Source of the DNA: Phycisphaeraceae bacterium
Lineage (GTDB): Bacteria; Planctomycetota; Phycisphaerae; Phycisphaerales; Phycisphaeraceae
Reading direction: 5' to 3'
NCBI GenBank assembly: GCA_045105055.1
Contig: JBGCDC010000141.1
Location: forward strand, 1 to 32,839
Length of the DNA stretch: 32,839 bases
How positions within the stretch are numbered: position 1 is the stretch's first letter; every line of letters starts with the position of its first letter. The notes beneath the pieces are model-generated. The model saw only the letters and a list, made by a program, of their open reading frames with translations, had not been told where the DNA came from and did no database searches. Of the stretch, positions 18,688 to 27,410 are shown one piece after another. The position numbers were made by a program, and so were the translations under genes.

Positions 18688-19536
18688 TTAGACAATGTCT
18701 GCAAAACGTTTTTCAACGCGTTGGAAGTAAACAAGGCCAATGATTAGTGCGGCGAGTCCGATGGAGGTCGAGATCAGCCAGTCTGTATAAAGGATGGGTG
18801 TGCCGAGGATGGCGCTGCGCAGGCCAGCGATGGTTCCGCCGACGGGGTTGAGCGAGAGTAGCCAGCGGAAGCGCTCGGGCACCATGGTGACGGGGTAGAT
18901 CACGGGGGTGAGGAAGAAGAGCAGCTTGAGCATGAACGGCAGGAGGTGGCGGAAGTCGCGGTAGGCGACGGTGATCGCGGACATGAGGATGCCGACGCCG
19001 AGCACGCCGATCAGTAGCGACGCGATCAAGAGTGGGACGATGAACAGCGACCCGGTGAAGGGCACGCCTAGCACAGCCATCGCGATCATTAAGACGACTA
19101 GGCCGATGGCGTAGTCGACGATCGGTGCGCCAGTTGCGGCGAGCGGCACGATGAGCCGGGGGAAGTAGACCTTGCGGACGATGTTGCCGTTGGCGACGAC
19201 ACTGCCGCTGGATGCGGTGACGGCCGACTCGAACAGTGTCCACGGCAAGACGCCGGCCAGTACGAAGACGAGGTAGGGGGTCGGCGCGACCTGGGCGTTC
19301 ATGCCCATGAGCAGGCCGAAGAAGACGAAGAGGATCGCGGCCATGGCGACGGGCTGGAGGATCGCCCAGCCGATGCCTAGCGCTGCTTGCTTATAGCGGA
19401 CTTTGATGTCGCGCATTGCGAGCAGGATGAAGAGATCGCGGTAGCCCCAGAGCTCGACGAGGCCTAACCGGCCGAGCCCGCGCGATCGGCGGATTCGTGT
19501 GACAGGTAAGTCGTGGGTTGTGTTGATTGCTGACAC
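18688..19536 (-). CDS. wzm: Polysaccharide ABC exporter permease
   Basis: RDIKVRYKQ..LG..WAILQP, KVYFPR, RDF, TPVIYP and LNP. Likely GTG start at 19536 after GGAG (the ORF track starts at 19557). Confidence 0.92.
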   Translation of the reverse strand: MSAINTTHDLPVTRIRRSRGLGRLGLVELWGYRDLFILLAMRDIKVRYKQAALGIGWAILQPVAMAAILFVFFGLLMGMNAQVAPTPYLVFVLAGVLPWTLFESAVTASSGSVVANGNIVRKVYFPRLIVPLAATGAPIVDYAIGLVVLMIAMAVLGVPFTGSLFIVPLLIASLLIGVLGVGILMSAITVAYRDFRHLLPFMLKLLFFLTPVIYPVTMVPERFRWLLSLNPVGGTIAGLRSAILGTPILYTDWLISTSIGLAALIIGLVYFQRVEKRFADIV

Positions 19537-19801
19537 AAGTTCACTCCGCGCGTACATCGACCGGTCGGTAACCGGACTCGTTCGATATCGACGCGCAGGG
19601 GTATCGGGCCACAGACGATCGTGCCAGCGTGCTGAGCAATAGAGTTAGCGGACGTGAGGAGGCGATCGGCGTCCGATAAGCTGTGGGCGAGGTGAATGCG
19701 GATCGCTCTGTGCGATGGTGTGTCGCGCGAAAATTGATCACCGAGCAGATCGCTGTTCGCTGACTTACGGATGGTATCTGTGTTGAACGGCGTGCAGTGG
19801 T

Positions 19802-21286
19802 TCAGATCGGACGAGCGCCGAGTTGGGTGGGCTCTTCTTCGTGCTGCGTCAAGATGCCTTGGGTAGGCTCGCTTTCGGTGTTCTCTTTAAGCGGCTGCTT
19901 GGGCTTGGTTGGCTTATCGAATGCGTAGAGGCTTTGCTTGTGCTTCGCGAGTTCGCGGTCTTGTTTGGCGCGTTCTTTTTCCTCGCGTTTTGCTTCTTTC
20001 GCGAGGCGCTTGGCTTCGCGGGCTTCTTCATCGATAAAAGGGACGCTGCGTGTTGCGAAGAGGCCTGTGGCAAGGACGCCGACGAGCGCGATCATCGGTA
20101 GGCGGAGTGCTTCGGTCGGTGGCAGGGTGGTGAAGGCGAGGGCGAGCAGTGGCAAGCCGAGCAAGAGGGTTTCTGCGAAACGTCGGCGAGCGAGCATGAC
20201 GCCGGCAGAGATCGCGGCGAGGCCAGCGAGTGCGGCGTTGATGAGTAGCCAGCCGTCGGCGAGCGTGTCTGCGATGACGTCTCGGTTGGCGCTGGGTAGG
20301 GGCTGCGCGTCGTAGTGAATTTTGAGTCGGCCCGCGTCGCCGAGGGGTAGGTGCATCGCTTCGCCGAGTTGCTCGAACGATGGGCTGGTCATGGTGACGA
20401 GTAAATGATCTAGCGGGCTTGGCACGTTCTCGGCTGCGGGTGCTTGCGACCATTCAACGAAGACGGTGTTCGCGTCATGTCCAAGGTAGATCGTGCGGTA
20501 GACGGCAACTGGTGCGACAGCGAGTAGCGTGACCAGTAGGCCGATCGCGAATGCTTTGCCGACGCCTGATCGCCTTGCGAGTTTGTAAGCCAAGGGCCCG
20601 GCGAGTGCGCCGACAAGCCAGCACATGGGCGAAGCGAATGCGGCGAGGCCGAGCAGGATGCCGCCGATGGATGCTGCAGCGCCGCCGCGTTTTTCGATGT
20701 TGCAAAGCAGTGCCAGGCCTACGGTGATGAGGCCGAGCGCGATGGCGGAGGCGGTGTAGCTATTCGAGGCGGTGAGCACCGCGGGGTGTACGGCGAGGAT
20801 GGCGGCGGCGACGATCCCTGCTAAGGGTCGGCCGGTAAGGACGTGCCCTATGACGTACGCGGCGGGGATGGCTGCGAGGGTTAGGAGCGAGCCAAGTACC
20901 ACGATCGCCCACGCGGGTAGGCCGACGGATCCGACACCTAATGCTAAGAGATCGATTAATGGATAGGCATTGATCGAATCGCCGGCGAGGATATCGCGGC
21001 CGCTTTGTTGGGCTTGCTCAGCACGCGTTGGATCGATGCCTTGTAGCGGACCTAATAGACCCAGCACGATGCGGAGTAGTGCGCCTGCGATCAATAGCAC
21101 TAGTAAGATCGCAAGGTTGTCGACTTGATGATCGTTATCTGCTGTGGGCTTTTCAGCTGCAGCCTCGGTCCCGGGACGGCTCAATGGTTCCTCGATTGCG
21201 AGGGCCAACGGCACATGCTGCGCAACATCCGTCGGCTCTTTCGGCGCGTTGTTGGTGGGCTCGGGGATCGCTTCTAAGGAATGCAT
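19802..21286 (-). CDS. Polytopic membrane protein with charged C-terminal coiled-coil tail, possibly GT-C/ArnT-like
   Basis: About 10 hydrophobic segments, AAILAVHP resembling PMT/ArnT TM motifs, and an EAREAKRLAKEAKREEKERAK tail. The family call is tentative. Confidence 0.6.
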   Translation of the reverse strand: MHSLEAIPEPTNNAPKEPTDVAQHVPLALAIEEPLSRPGTEAAAEKPTADNDHQVDNLAILLVLLIAGALLRIVLGLLGPLQGIDPTRAEQAQQSGRDILAGDSINAYPLIDLLALGVGSVGLPAWAIVVLGSLLTLAAIPAAYVIGHVLTGRPLAGIVAAAILAVHPAVLTASNSYTASAIALGLITVGLALLCNIEKRGGAAASIGGILLGLAAFASPMCWLVGALAGPLAYKLARRSGVGKAFAIGLLVTLLAVAPVAVYRTIYLGHDANTVFVEWSQAPAAENVPSPLDHLLVTMTSPSFEQLGEAMHLPLGDAGRLKIHYDAQPLPSANRDVIADTLADGWLLINAALAGLAAISAGVMLARRRFAETLLLGLPLLALAFTTLPPTEALRLPMIALVGVLATGLFATRSVPFIDEEAREAKRLAKEAKREEKERAKQDRELAKHKQSLYAFDKPTKPKQPLKENTESEPTQGILTQHEEEPTQLGARPI

Positions 21287-21331
21287 AGTGGGATAGCCTT
21301 GACGCTTTGATCGATCGCGGCGTCTTGGTTT

Positions 21332-21360
21332 TTATCGGCATCGCGGAAGTGCGGATGAAG
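21332..21360 (-). promoter_or_regulatory. Candidate sigma28 (FliA/WhiG)-type promoter CTTCAT-N15-GCCGATAA
   Basis: Perfect GCCGATAA -10 with canonical 15-nt spacing, ~45 nt upstream of ATG 21286. Confidence 0.45.
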
Positions 21361-21496
21361 TGCCTGCGCGACATAGGTAGTCAGCGTTGGTAGATAAGGC
21401 GGTTATGACTTCTGTAACGGTTGTACGTTTTGTAACGGCGTACACGCAGCATGCAATTTGCTCTATTCAAGGCGTATCGAGCCGATTCGCAACATG

Positions 21497-21516
21497 CGAC
21501 TTACACGTGTAAGTCG
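21497..21516. promoter_or_regulatory. Perfect 20-bp palindrome CGACTTACACGTGTAAGTCG
   Basis: Exact self-complement in the centre of the 450-bp divergent intergenic region. Confidence 0.5.
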
Positions 21517-21736
21517 TGGTTTTTGCAGATTGTTAAGCGAATTGGCGAGATCGATCAAGGCGACATATCGGCGTGTCAAAATTGAACAGAAATTGTTCTA
21601 ACAGGTGAAGTCCTTAGTGAGGTCGCTCGATACTACTTGAGTGGGGCGGCGAGTCGAACTGCGTCAGCTTGAGTCACCACGTCCCTTAGTTTTCATTCAA
21701 GGCTGTGCGTAGCGCAGTTTATCTGGAGAGCAGATC

Positions 21737-23710
21737 TTGACCGCCCAAGTTCAACCCAATTCATCCGCCATCACCCTAGAGCAAGTTCTGTCGCATGGCT
21801 CAGTGCCGACCTTGCCAGTGGTGGCGATGCAGCTGCTCGAGATGACGAGCAATCCTGATGTTTCTCTGAAAGAAATCGCGGGCCTGATTCAGAGTGATCC
21901 AGGTCTAGCGTCTAAGGTTTTGAAAACCGTTAACTCGAGTTTCTATGGCTTGCCTAAGCCTTGCCCATCGATCGAACGCGCGATTGTTATCCTCGGTCTC
22001 AAAGCGATTAAGTCGCTGGTGCTCGGCTTCTCGATGGTGAACCTCACCAAGGGGATGGATGAAGCATTTAACCTTGGTGACTTCTGGAAGCACACGATCC
22101 TTGCGGCGGTGGGTGCGCGACAGATTGCGCAGGACATCGGAGAGTCTGAGCCTGACGAAGTCTTTGCCGCGGCGTTGATGCAGAACATCGGCGTGCTTGC
22201 GATGCTCGCGGTCAACACAGAGGTGTACGGCGCTTTGCTTGCTGAGACGCGCGGCAATCACCACAAACTCTTAAAGCTAGAGCGGGAAAAGCTCGGCCTA
22301 GACCACATCCAAGTTGGCACCGCGATGGCAGAGAAGTGGGGCATGCCCACACCGATCGTGATTGGCATCCGCCATCACCACGACAACACGCCCCCCAAGG
22401 GTGCGGAAGAGAACTTGGTCAAATGTATCGTCGCGGGCGAGCTGGCCACCAACGCGCTGACCGAAGAGCCGCTGGGCCAGGGCTACGCGATGTTGTTCTC
22501 CACGGTTAACGCATGGTTTGGTAAAGGCGATCAAGACATTGAAGAACTGATCGATCAGATCCATCAGTCGAGTCGAGAGGTTGCCAAGCTGCTCGAGCAG
22601 CAGATCGGCGAAGTGCCTTCGGCTCAGGAATTGATGAACCGCGCCAACGAGCGGATGTTCGAGAACCAGCTCGAAACACAACGCGAAGCAGACCAAGCGA
22701 AACACGACGCAGCGACCGATGGCCTAACGGGCATCCCCAACCGCATGCACTTTGACCGCGTCATTGTGGATGCGCTGGCTGAGGCCGTGTCAAAGCAGCA
22801 GCCCGTCGGCGTCCTGTTTAGCGATGCAGATAAGTTCAAGTTTGTGAACGATACCTATGGCCACCCTTGCGGCGACGCGGTACTGGTCGAGCTGGCTAAG
22901 CGTGTTACCGATACTGTCGGCGATCGCGGTACGGCTTGTCGCTACGGCGGCGAGGAGTTCGTTGTCGTGCTGCCAGGCATGGATACCGAGCAGGCCGCGA
23001 AGGTCGGCGAAGAGATTCGTCAGAACATCGCGAACACGCCTTTTACCTTGACGGGTGTGGCTGGTGCGCCGGACGAGCCTTTGCCAAGGACGGTGAGTGT
23101 GGGCGTAGCGTGTTGGAAGCCGGGTTACGAATCACTGACCGCCGAACAGCTCACACAGCGTGCGGACAAAGCGGTTTACACGGCCAAGGAGTCGGGTCGA
23201 AACAACGTGAAGTGCTGGGGGATGGACACCGGCCGACGTGCTGCGGATCAACGTGCTGATGAAGCGGCGGGGATGGATATCAACCTCGGCGCGCTACCCT
23301 CAAATGGTGAGCGGCAGGTGCTACTCATCGAGGATGATCCCTTGGCGGCACGCCTGATTCAGAGCATGCTCGAGAAGCAGCCTGGCGTACACGTCGATCA
23401 TAAAAACGATGGACGCGCCGCGATCGAATACATCCGCGATTGCCAGGGCCCGGGTCGACGCAACCCCGACCTTATCATCACTGACATTAATATCCCCGGC
23501 TACAACGGCTTACAGATCATCCGTGCTCTACGCTCGAATGTGAAGTTCCAAGCGATCCCGATCGCAGTGATCACCGCGACGCTCGATGACGAGATCAGTC
23601 AGTCGTGCCTGAGTGCCGGTGCCAACAGCATCTACGACAAGCTCGAGATCAGCGTTGATTTAAAGAGTTGGTGTACGAACTTGATCAGCTCCATTTCACA
23701 GGCGGCCTAA
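21737..23710 (+). CDS. Diguanylate cyclase, HDOD-GGDEF-REC architecture
   Basis: HDOD (PTLP, DPGLASKVLKTVNSSFYG, FWKH, RHHH), GGDEF (DGLTG..NR, DADKFK.VNDTYGH..GD, RYGGEEF) and REC (IEDD, ITDINIPGYNG). TTG start with GGAGAG SD. Confidence 0.92.
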   Translation: MTAQVQPNSSAITLEQVLSHGSVPTLPVVAMQLLEMTSNPDVSLKEIAGLIQSDPGLASKVLKTVNSSFYGLPKPCPSIERAIVILGLKAIKSLVLGFSMVNLTKGMDEAFNLGDFWKHTILAAVGARQIAQDIGESEPDEVFAAALMQNIGVLAMLAVNTEVYGALLAETRGNHHKLLKLEREKLGLDHIQVGTAMAEKWGMPTPIVIGIRHHHDNTPPKGAEENLVKCIVAGELATNALTEEPLGQGYAMLFSTVNAWFGKGDQDIEELIDQIHQSSREVAKLLEQQIGEVPSAQELMNRANERMFENQLETQREADQAKHDAATDGLTGIPNRMHFDRVIVDALAEAVSKQQPVGVLFSDADKFKFVNDTYGHPCGDAVLVELAKRVTDTVGDRGTACRYGGEEFVVVLPGMDTEQAAKVGEEIRQNIANTPFTLTGVAGAPDEPLPRTVSVGVACWKPGYESLTAEQLTQRADKAVYTAKESGRNNVKCWGMDTGRRAADQRADEAAGMDINLGALPSNGERQVLLIEDDPLAARLIQSMLEKQPGVHVDHKNDGRAAIEYIRDCQGPGRRNPDLIITDINIPGYNGLQIIRALRSNVKFQAIPIAVITATLDDEISQSCLSAGANSIYDKLEISVDLKSWCTNLISSISQAA

Positions 23711-23713
23711 GCA

Positions 23714-24589
23714 ATGCAGAGGCGAACCGTGATCCTCTCGGACACGCACCTGGCTGGCAACGGTCAAGGCGCGGGATCGGCTGATGCACTGCGCCCGTTG
23801 TGGCAAGGCGCGGATGAACTCGTTTTGAATGGCGACATCGCAGAGCTGTCGCACCCGACACTGCGCGCGGGTGCTGCCCGCGAAGTTATGCGTATCCAAG
23901 ACCTCTGCGAAGAGGACGGCGTCCGCCTGACGTATCTCTCTGGCAACCACGACCCGCTCATCACCGATCGACGCTTCTTGCGTTTATGCAGTGGCGAAGT
24001 TTTTCTGACCCATGGCGACATGCTGCACCCCGCGATCTCGCCTTGGACGTCTTACGCGAAGCAGCTCCGCGAGCTACACGATGATGCGCTATCTCAACTC
24101 GACCTGATGGACCGGGCGCAACTCGATCAGCAGGCCATGGCCGTGGCGCACGCGTCGAACCTGAAGTGGGACCATCTTGCGGAGCACGAGCCGCCGACGC
24201 TGGGTAAGTTTGCCAAGCGCATTGATCAGGCGGGCAAGGTCGCGAAGGTGCTGTGGTTTTGGCATCGGCTGCCGAAGATGGCGGCGCGGTTTGCGCAGCG
24301 CTACGCGCCGGATGCGCGTTTCTTTATCTTTGGCCACATCCATCGCGCAGGCGTTTGGCAATTTGGCAGCCAAACGATCATTAACACCGGCGCGTACCAC
24401 TACCCGCGCCGACCGCATGCCGTCGTGCTCGATGATCAAACGCTGACGATGCACCGCATTCAATACGACGCGGACAACGGCCATACATTGATCGAGAAGC
24501 CACGCTTCACCGCAACGCTCAACAATGCGCAGCAGCTCCCACCCGACGAGCAGCCAGTGAACAAGCCCAAACGTACCGACGCGGCGTAG
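23714..24589 (+). CDS. Calcineurin-like metallophosphoesterase (LpxH-like family)
   Basis: SDTH, NGD, GNHD, HGD and GHIH motifs. Confidence 0.88.
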   Translation: MQRRTVILSDTHLAGNGQGAGSADALRPLWQGADELVLNGDIAELSHPTLRAGAAREVMRIQDLCEEDGVRLTYLSGNHDPLITDRRFLRLCSGEVFLTHGDMLHPAISPWTSYAKQLRELHDDALSQLDLMDRAQLDQQAMAVAHASNLKWDHLAEHEPPTLGKFAKRIDQAGKVAKVLWFWHRLPKMAARFAQRYAPDARFFIFGHIHRAGVWQFGSQTIINTGAYHYPRRPHAVVLDDQTLTMHRIQYDADNGHTLIEKPRFTATLNNAQQLPPDEQPVNKPKRTDAA

Positions 24590-24709
24590 TGTGTGATTGT
24601 TTTTCGATTGGATCGATTTCACCTTTAGCGGGAGACGCTCAGCGTCCCGTTCGCGTATGAGATGGTTTGCATGGGACGCTGTGCGTCTCCCGCTAAACAT
24701 CGTGCGCAC

Positions 24710-25096
24710 CTAGAGAACCACCGCCGCCCAGTGGTCGCCCGCCTGTCTGATCAGATCAAGATCGAGTTCAACCGCGTCGCACTGCATCGACATCACGATG
24801 CGGTCTGCGGTCCACAGCTTGGCGTAGCAGCTGCCTTTGGCTCGTCTTTGTACTCGGCCGCGGTTGCCCGAGACCGGGCCTTGATAGTCGAGGTAGATTC
24901 GGCGGTGGGGCGGGATGACGGTGAGGTCGAATCGTTTGATTTTTGCCCACTCATGTGGCGGCGGGGCGACGCGAGCGGTCCACAATCGGGCGTTCTTGGC
25001 CTTGGGGTTTTGGAGCGTTGGGTCTTCGATCAGCCAGTCGTGGTGGACGCCGTCGGGGGTCGTGTGCTCGATAATGGCGGTTTGCAGGAGTTGCAT
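24710..25096 (-). CDS. Stand-alone LigD N-terminal 3'-phosphoesterase-like protein
   Basis: EH...HHDWLIE...LWT...H..IYLDYQGPVSGNRGRV resembles the LigD PE motifs (HxDxxxE; H...YxxxEG). Start ATG 25096. Confidence 0.65.
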   Translation of the reverse strand: MQLLQTAIIEHTTPDGVHHDWLIEDPTLQNPKAKNARLWTARVAPPPHEWAKIKRFDLTVIPPHRRIYLDYQGPVSGNRGRVQRRAKGSCYAKLWTADRIVMSMQCDAVELDLDLIRQAGDHWAAVVL

Positions 25097-25248
25097 ATCG
25101 GGCGTCGTGAGCGGGTTTGGGTCGGCTCTTTGGCGATTGGCGGTTAGGGGTGGAGCTTGTCGGCTTGCCTTGCCGATCATATCCTCATGGATTGACGCTG
25201 TCGCTGCGCTTGTGCAGCGGGCGTGCTAGATCGACCGAGAGGCTTGTC

Positions 25249-26004
25249 ATGACGACGCGAAAGATGACCGTGCTGTTGGCTTTGTTTGCCCTTTGCTTTA
25301 CGACGGGCTGTTACGAGCCCGCTGTGGATGGCGGGTTCTACAACCCATCCGTCGAGAAGTTCCACGCCAAGAAAGCGATCGACGCGGGGAACTACGCCTC
25401 GGCCGAGCAGAAGCTGGGCAAGGTGCTGTACAACGACCCGCAGGACTGGGAGGCCCGCTACCTGATGGGCATGACTTACCTTGGCACGGATCGACCCGTC
25501 GAGGCACAGTCACAGCTCGAGCTCGCGTTGTCGGTTCGAGACCGCAGCGAATCAGAGACGCCGAAGATCCTTGACGCATTGGCGAGCTCGCTCGAGAAGC
25601 AGGAGTTGTACGACCAGCTGTATGCGTTCCTCGACGCACAGATCGAACGCTATGAGGGTTGGGAAGACTACGCCCGCAAGGCCCGCTTCCTCGCGAAAGC
25701 CAACGATATCGATGGCGCCGCGCTGGCTTATCGACAGGCCGCTTTTTTCTCGCGTAACGAGACGGAATCGATCTACATCGAACTCGCTGAGTTTTATGAA
25801 GGCCTAGGCGACTACAACAAGGCGGTGCAGGCGCTGAAGTGGGCGTACTACATCAACGACGAAAACACGACGATCCCCAATCGCTTTCGCAAGCTCGGCG
25901 TCGTGCCCGGCCCGACGCTCAAAGAGCAGCCGCCACAGCCGCAATACGCTGGCGACAGGCTCTTTGCGATCCCAGATGTGTTGCCTAATCTGATCAAAGA
26001 CTAA
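25249..26004 (+). CDS. TPR-repeat lipoprotein
   Basis: Signal peptide with lipobox-like TTGC, and TPR-like helices (ARYLMGMTY, IYIELAEFYEGLGDYNKAVQAL). GAGAGG SD before ATG 25249. Confidence 0.75.
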   Translation: MTTRKMTVLLALFALCFTTGCYEPAVDGGFYNPSVEKFHAKKAIDAGNYASAEQKLGKVLYNDPQDWEARYLMGMTYLGTDRPVEAQSQLELALSVRDRSESETPKILDALASSLEKQELYDQLYAFLDAQIERYEGWEDYARKARFLAKANDIDGAALAYRQAAFFSRNETESIYIELAEFYEGLGDYNKAVQALKWAYYINDENTTIPNRFRKLGVVPGPTLKEQPPQPQYAGDRLFAIPDVLPNLIKD

Positions 26005-26024
26005 TCGGTGCAGGTGTCATTCGT

Positions 26025-27407
26025 ATGATGAATATTCTTATCTGCGGCGCGGGTGAAGTCGGTCGGCACTCGGCCGAGGTCCTCGCTGCGTCGGGACATA
26101 GCATTACGATTTTAGATCAGTCGCCTTCCCGTCTCGCGGAGATCGACGAGGCGATGGATGTGCGCTCGATGCTTGGCGACTGTGCTCAGGCAGAGGTGCT
26201 GCTCAAGGCGGGTGTCGATAAGTGCGACCTCGTCATCGCCGCGACGAATAACGATGAAGTGAACCTGCTGTCCGCGTCGGTCGCGAAGGGCGTCGGCTGC
26301 AAGACTGCGATCGCGCGTGTTCACCGCTCGGGTTTTTACGAAGACCGTGGGCTGGACTATGCCAAGCACCTGGGGATCGATCACTTGGTCTGCCCGGAAT
26401 ACGCGACAGCCCGGGCCATCGCTGCCGCACTACGCAGCCCTGGGGCATTGGCGGTTGAGAACTTCGCGCAAGGCCTGATCGAGATGCAACGCATCGTGGT
26501 CAGTGAGTCGAGCAAAGCCGTCGGCGTCAGGCTGCGCGATCTCAAGGCACCTGGGATGTCGCTGATCGCCTGCATCGAAAGGCCCGACCGTTCGTTCGTC
26601 CCAAAGGCCGACACGGTGATCCGCGAGGGCGACCTGCTCACGCTCATCGGCGAAGCCAAGGGCATCCAGCTGACGAGCAAGTACTACAACCCCGAACACG
26701 CCAGCCGACGCCGCATCATGGTGATGGGTGGCTCGACGCAGAGTGTTTGGCTAAGCCGAGAGCTCAAACGCGTTGGCGCATCGGTGCGTCAGTTCATCGC
26801 GGACGAAAGCCGAGCGATCGAGTTGGCCGAGAAGCTCGACGGTATCACGGTGATCAACGCCGACGTGATTAACTCCGACATCTTGCAAGAGGAGCGCGTC
26901 GATCAGGCGGACGCCTTCGTTGCTGCGACCGATGACGAAGAGACGAACATCCTCGGCGCTGCCTTAGCGAAGACGCGCGGCGCGACGATGGCGGTTGCGG
27001 TCATGCAACGGCCGACGTACTTGCACCTGCTCGAACACATCGGCATCGACCGCGCGTTTAGCCCACGTGCGACCGCGGTCAACGAGATCCTCCGCCTGCT
27101 GGACACCCGGCCGCTGCGGCACCTTGCGACCCTGTCGCGCGAGGTTGCTGAGTTGTACGAAGTGCACTTTGGCGAAGAGCTTTCCAAGGGCGTGGTTGAT
27201 AAGCCTTTGATGGAGATCGAGTTTCCGCCGCACTGTTTGGTGGCTGCGCTGAACCGTGGCGACCGTGTGTATGTGCCCGGTGCGCAGGATAAGTTCGAGC
27301 CTGGCGACGTCGCGATCATCCTCGGCCCAGCGGAGGTCGAGAAAAAGCTCAACAAGCTCTTCGGCTTTAAGCACGATAAGAAGTCGCCGCTGACGCTGGA
27401 TGTGTGA
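26025..27407 (+). CDS. trkA: Trk potassium uptake gating subunit TrkA
   Basis: Tandem RCK domains, GAGEVG, T..DEVN and TDDEETNI. 460 aa. Confidence 0.93.
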   Translation: MMNILICGAGEVGRHSAEVLAASGHSITILDQSPSRLAEIDEAMDVRSMLGDCAQAEVLLKAGVDKCDLVIAATNNDEVNLLSASVAKGVGCKTAIARVHRSGFYEDRGLDYAKHLGIDHLVCPEYATARAIAAALRSPGALAVENFAQGLIEMQRIVVSESSKAVGVRLRDLKAPGMSLIACIERPDRSFVPKADTVIREGDLLTLIGEAKGIQLTSKYYNPEHASRRRIMVMGGSTQSVWLSRELKRVGASVRQFIADESRAIELAEKLDGITVINADVINSDILQEERVDQADAFVAATDDEETNILGAALAKTRGATMAVAVMQRPTYLHLLEHIGIDRAFSPRATAVNEILRLLDTRPLRHLATLSREVAELYEVHFGEELSKGVVDKPLMEIEFPPHCLVAALNRGDRVYVPGAQDKFEPGDVAIILGPAEVEKKLNKLFGFKHDKKSPLTLDV

Positions 27408-27410
27408 CTT

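Noticed and set aside
19612-19628. TGGCACG on the minus strand upstream of wzm as a sigma54 promoter
   Set aside because: The -12 GC is missing at the required spacing.
25130-25150. Three degenerate heptamers TTGGCGA-TTGGCGG-TTAGGGG
   Set aside because: Too short and degenerate, and without an inverted partner, to call a repeat element.
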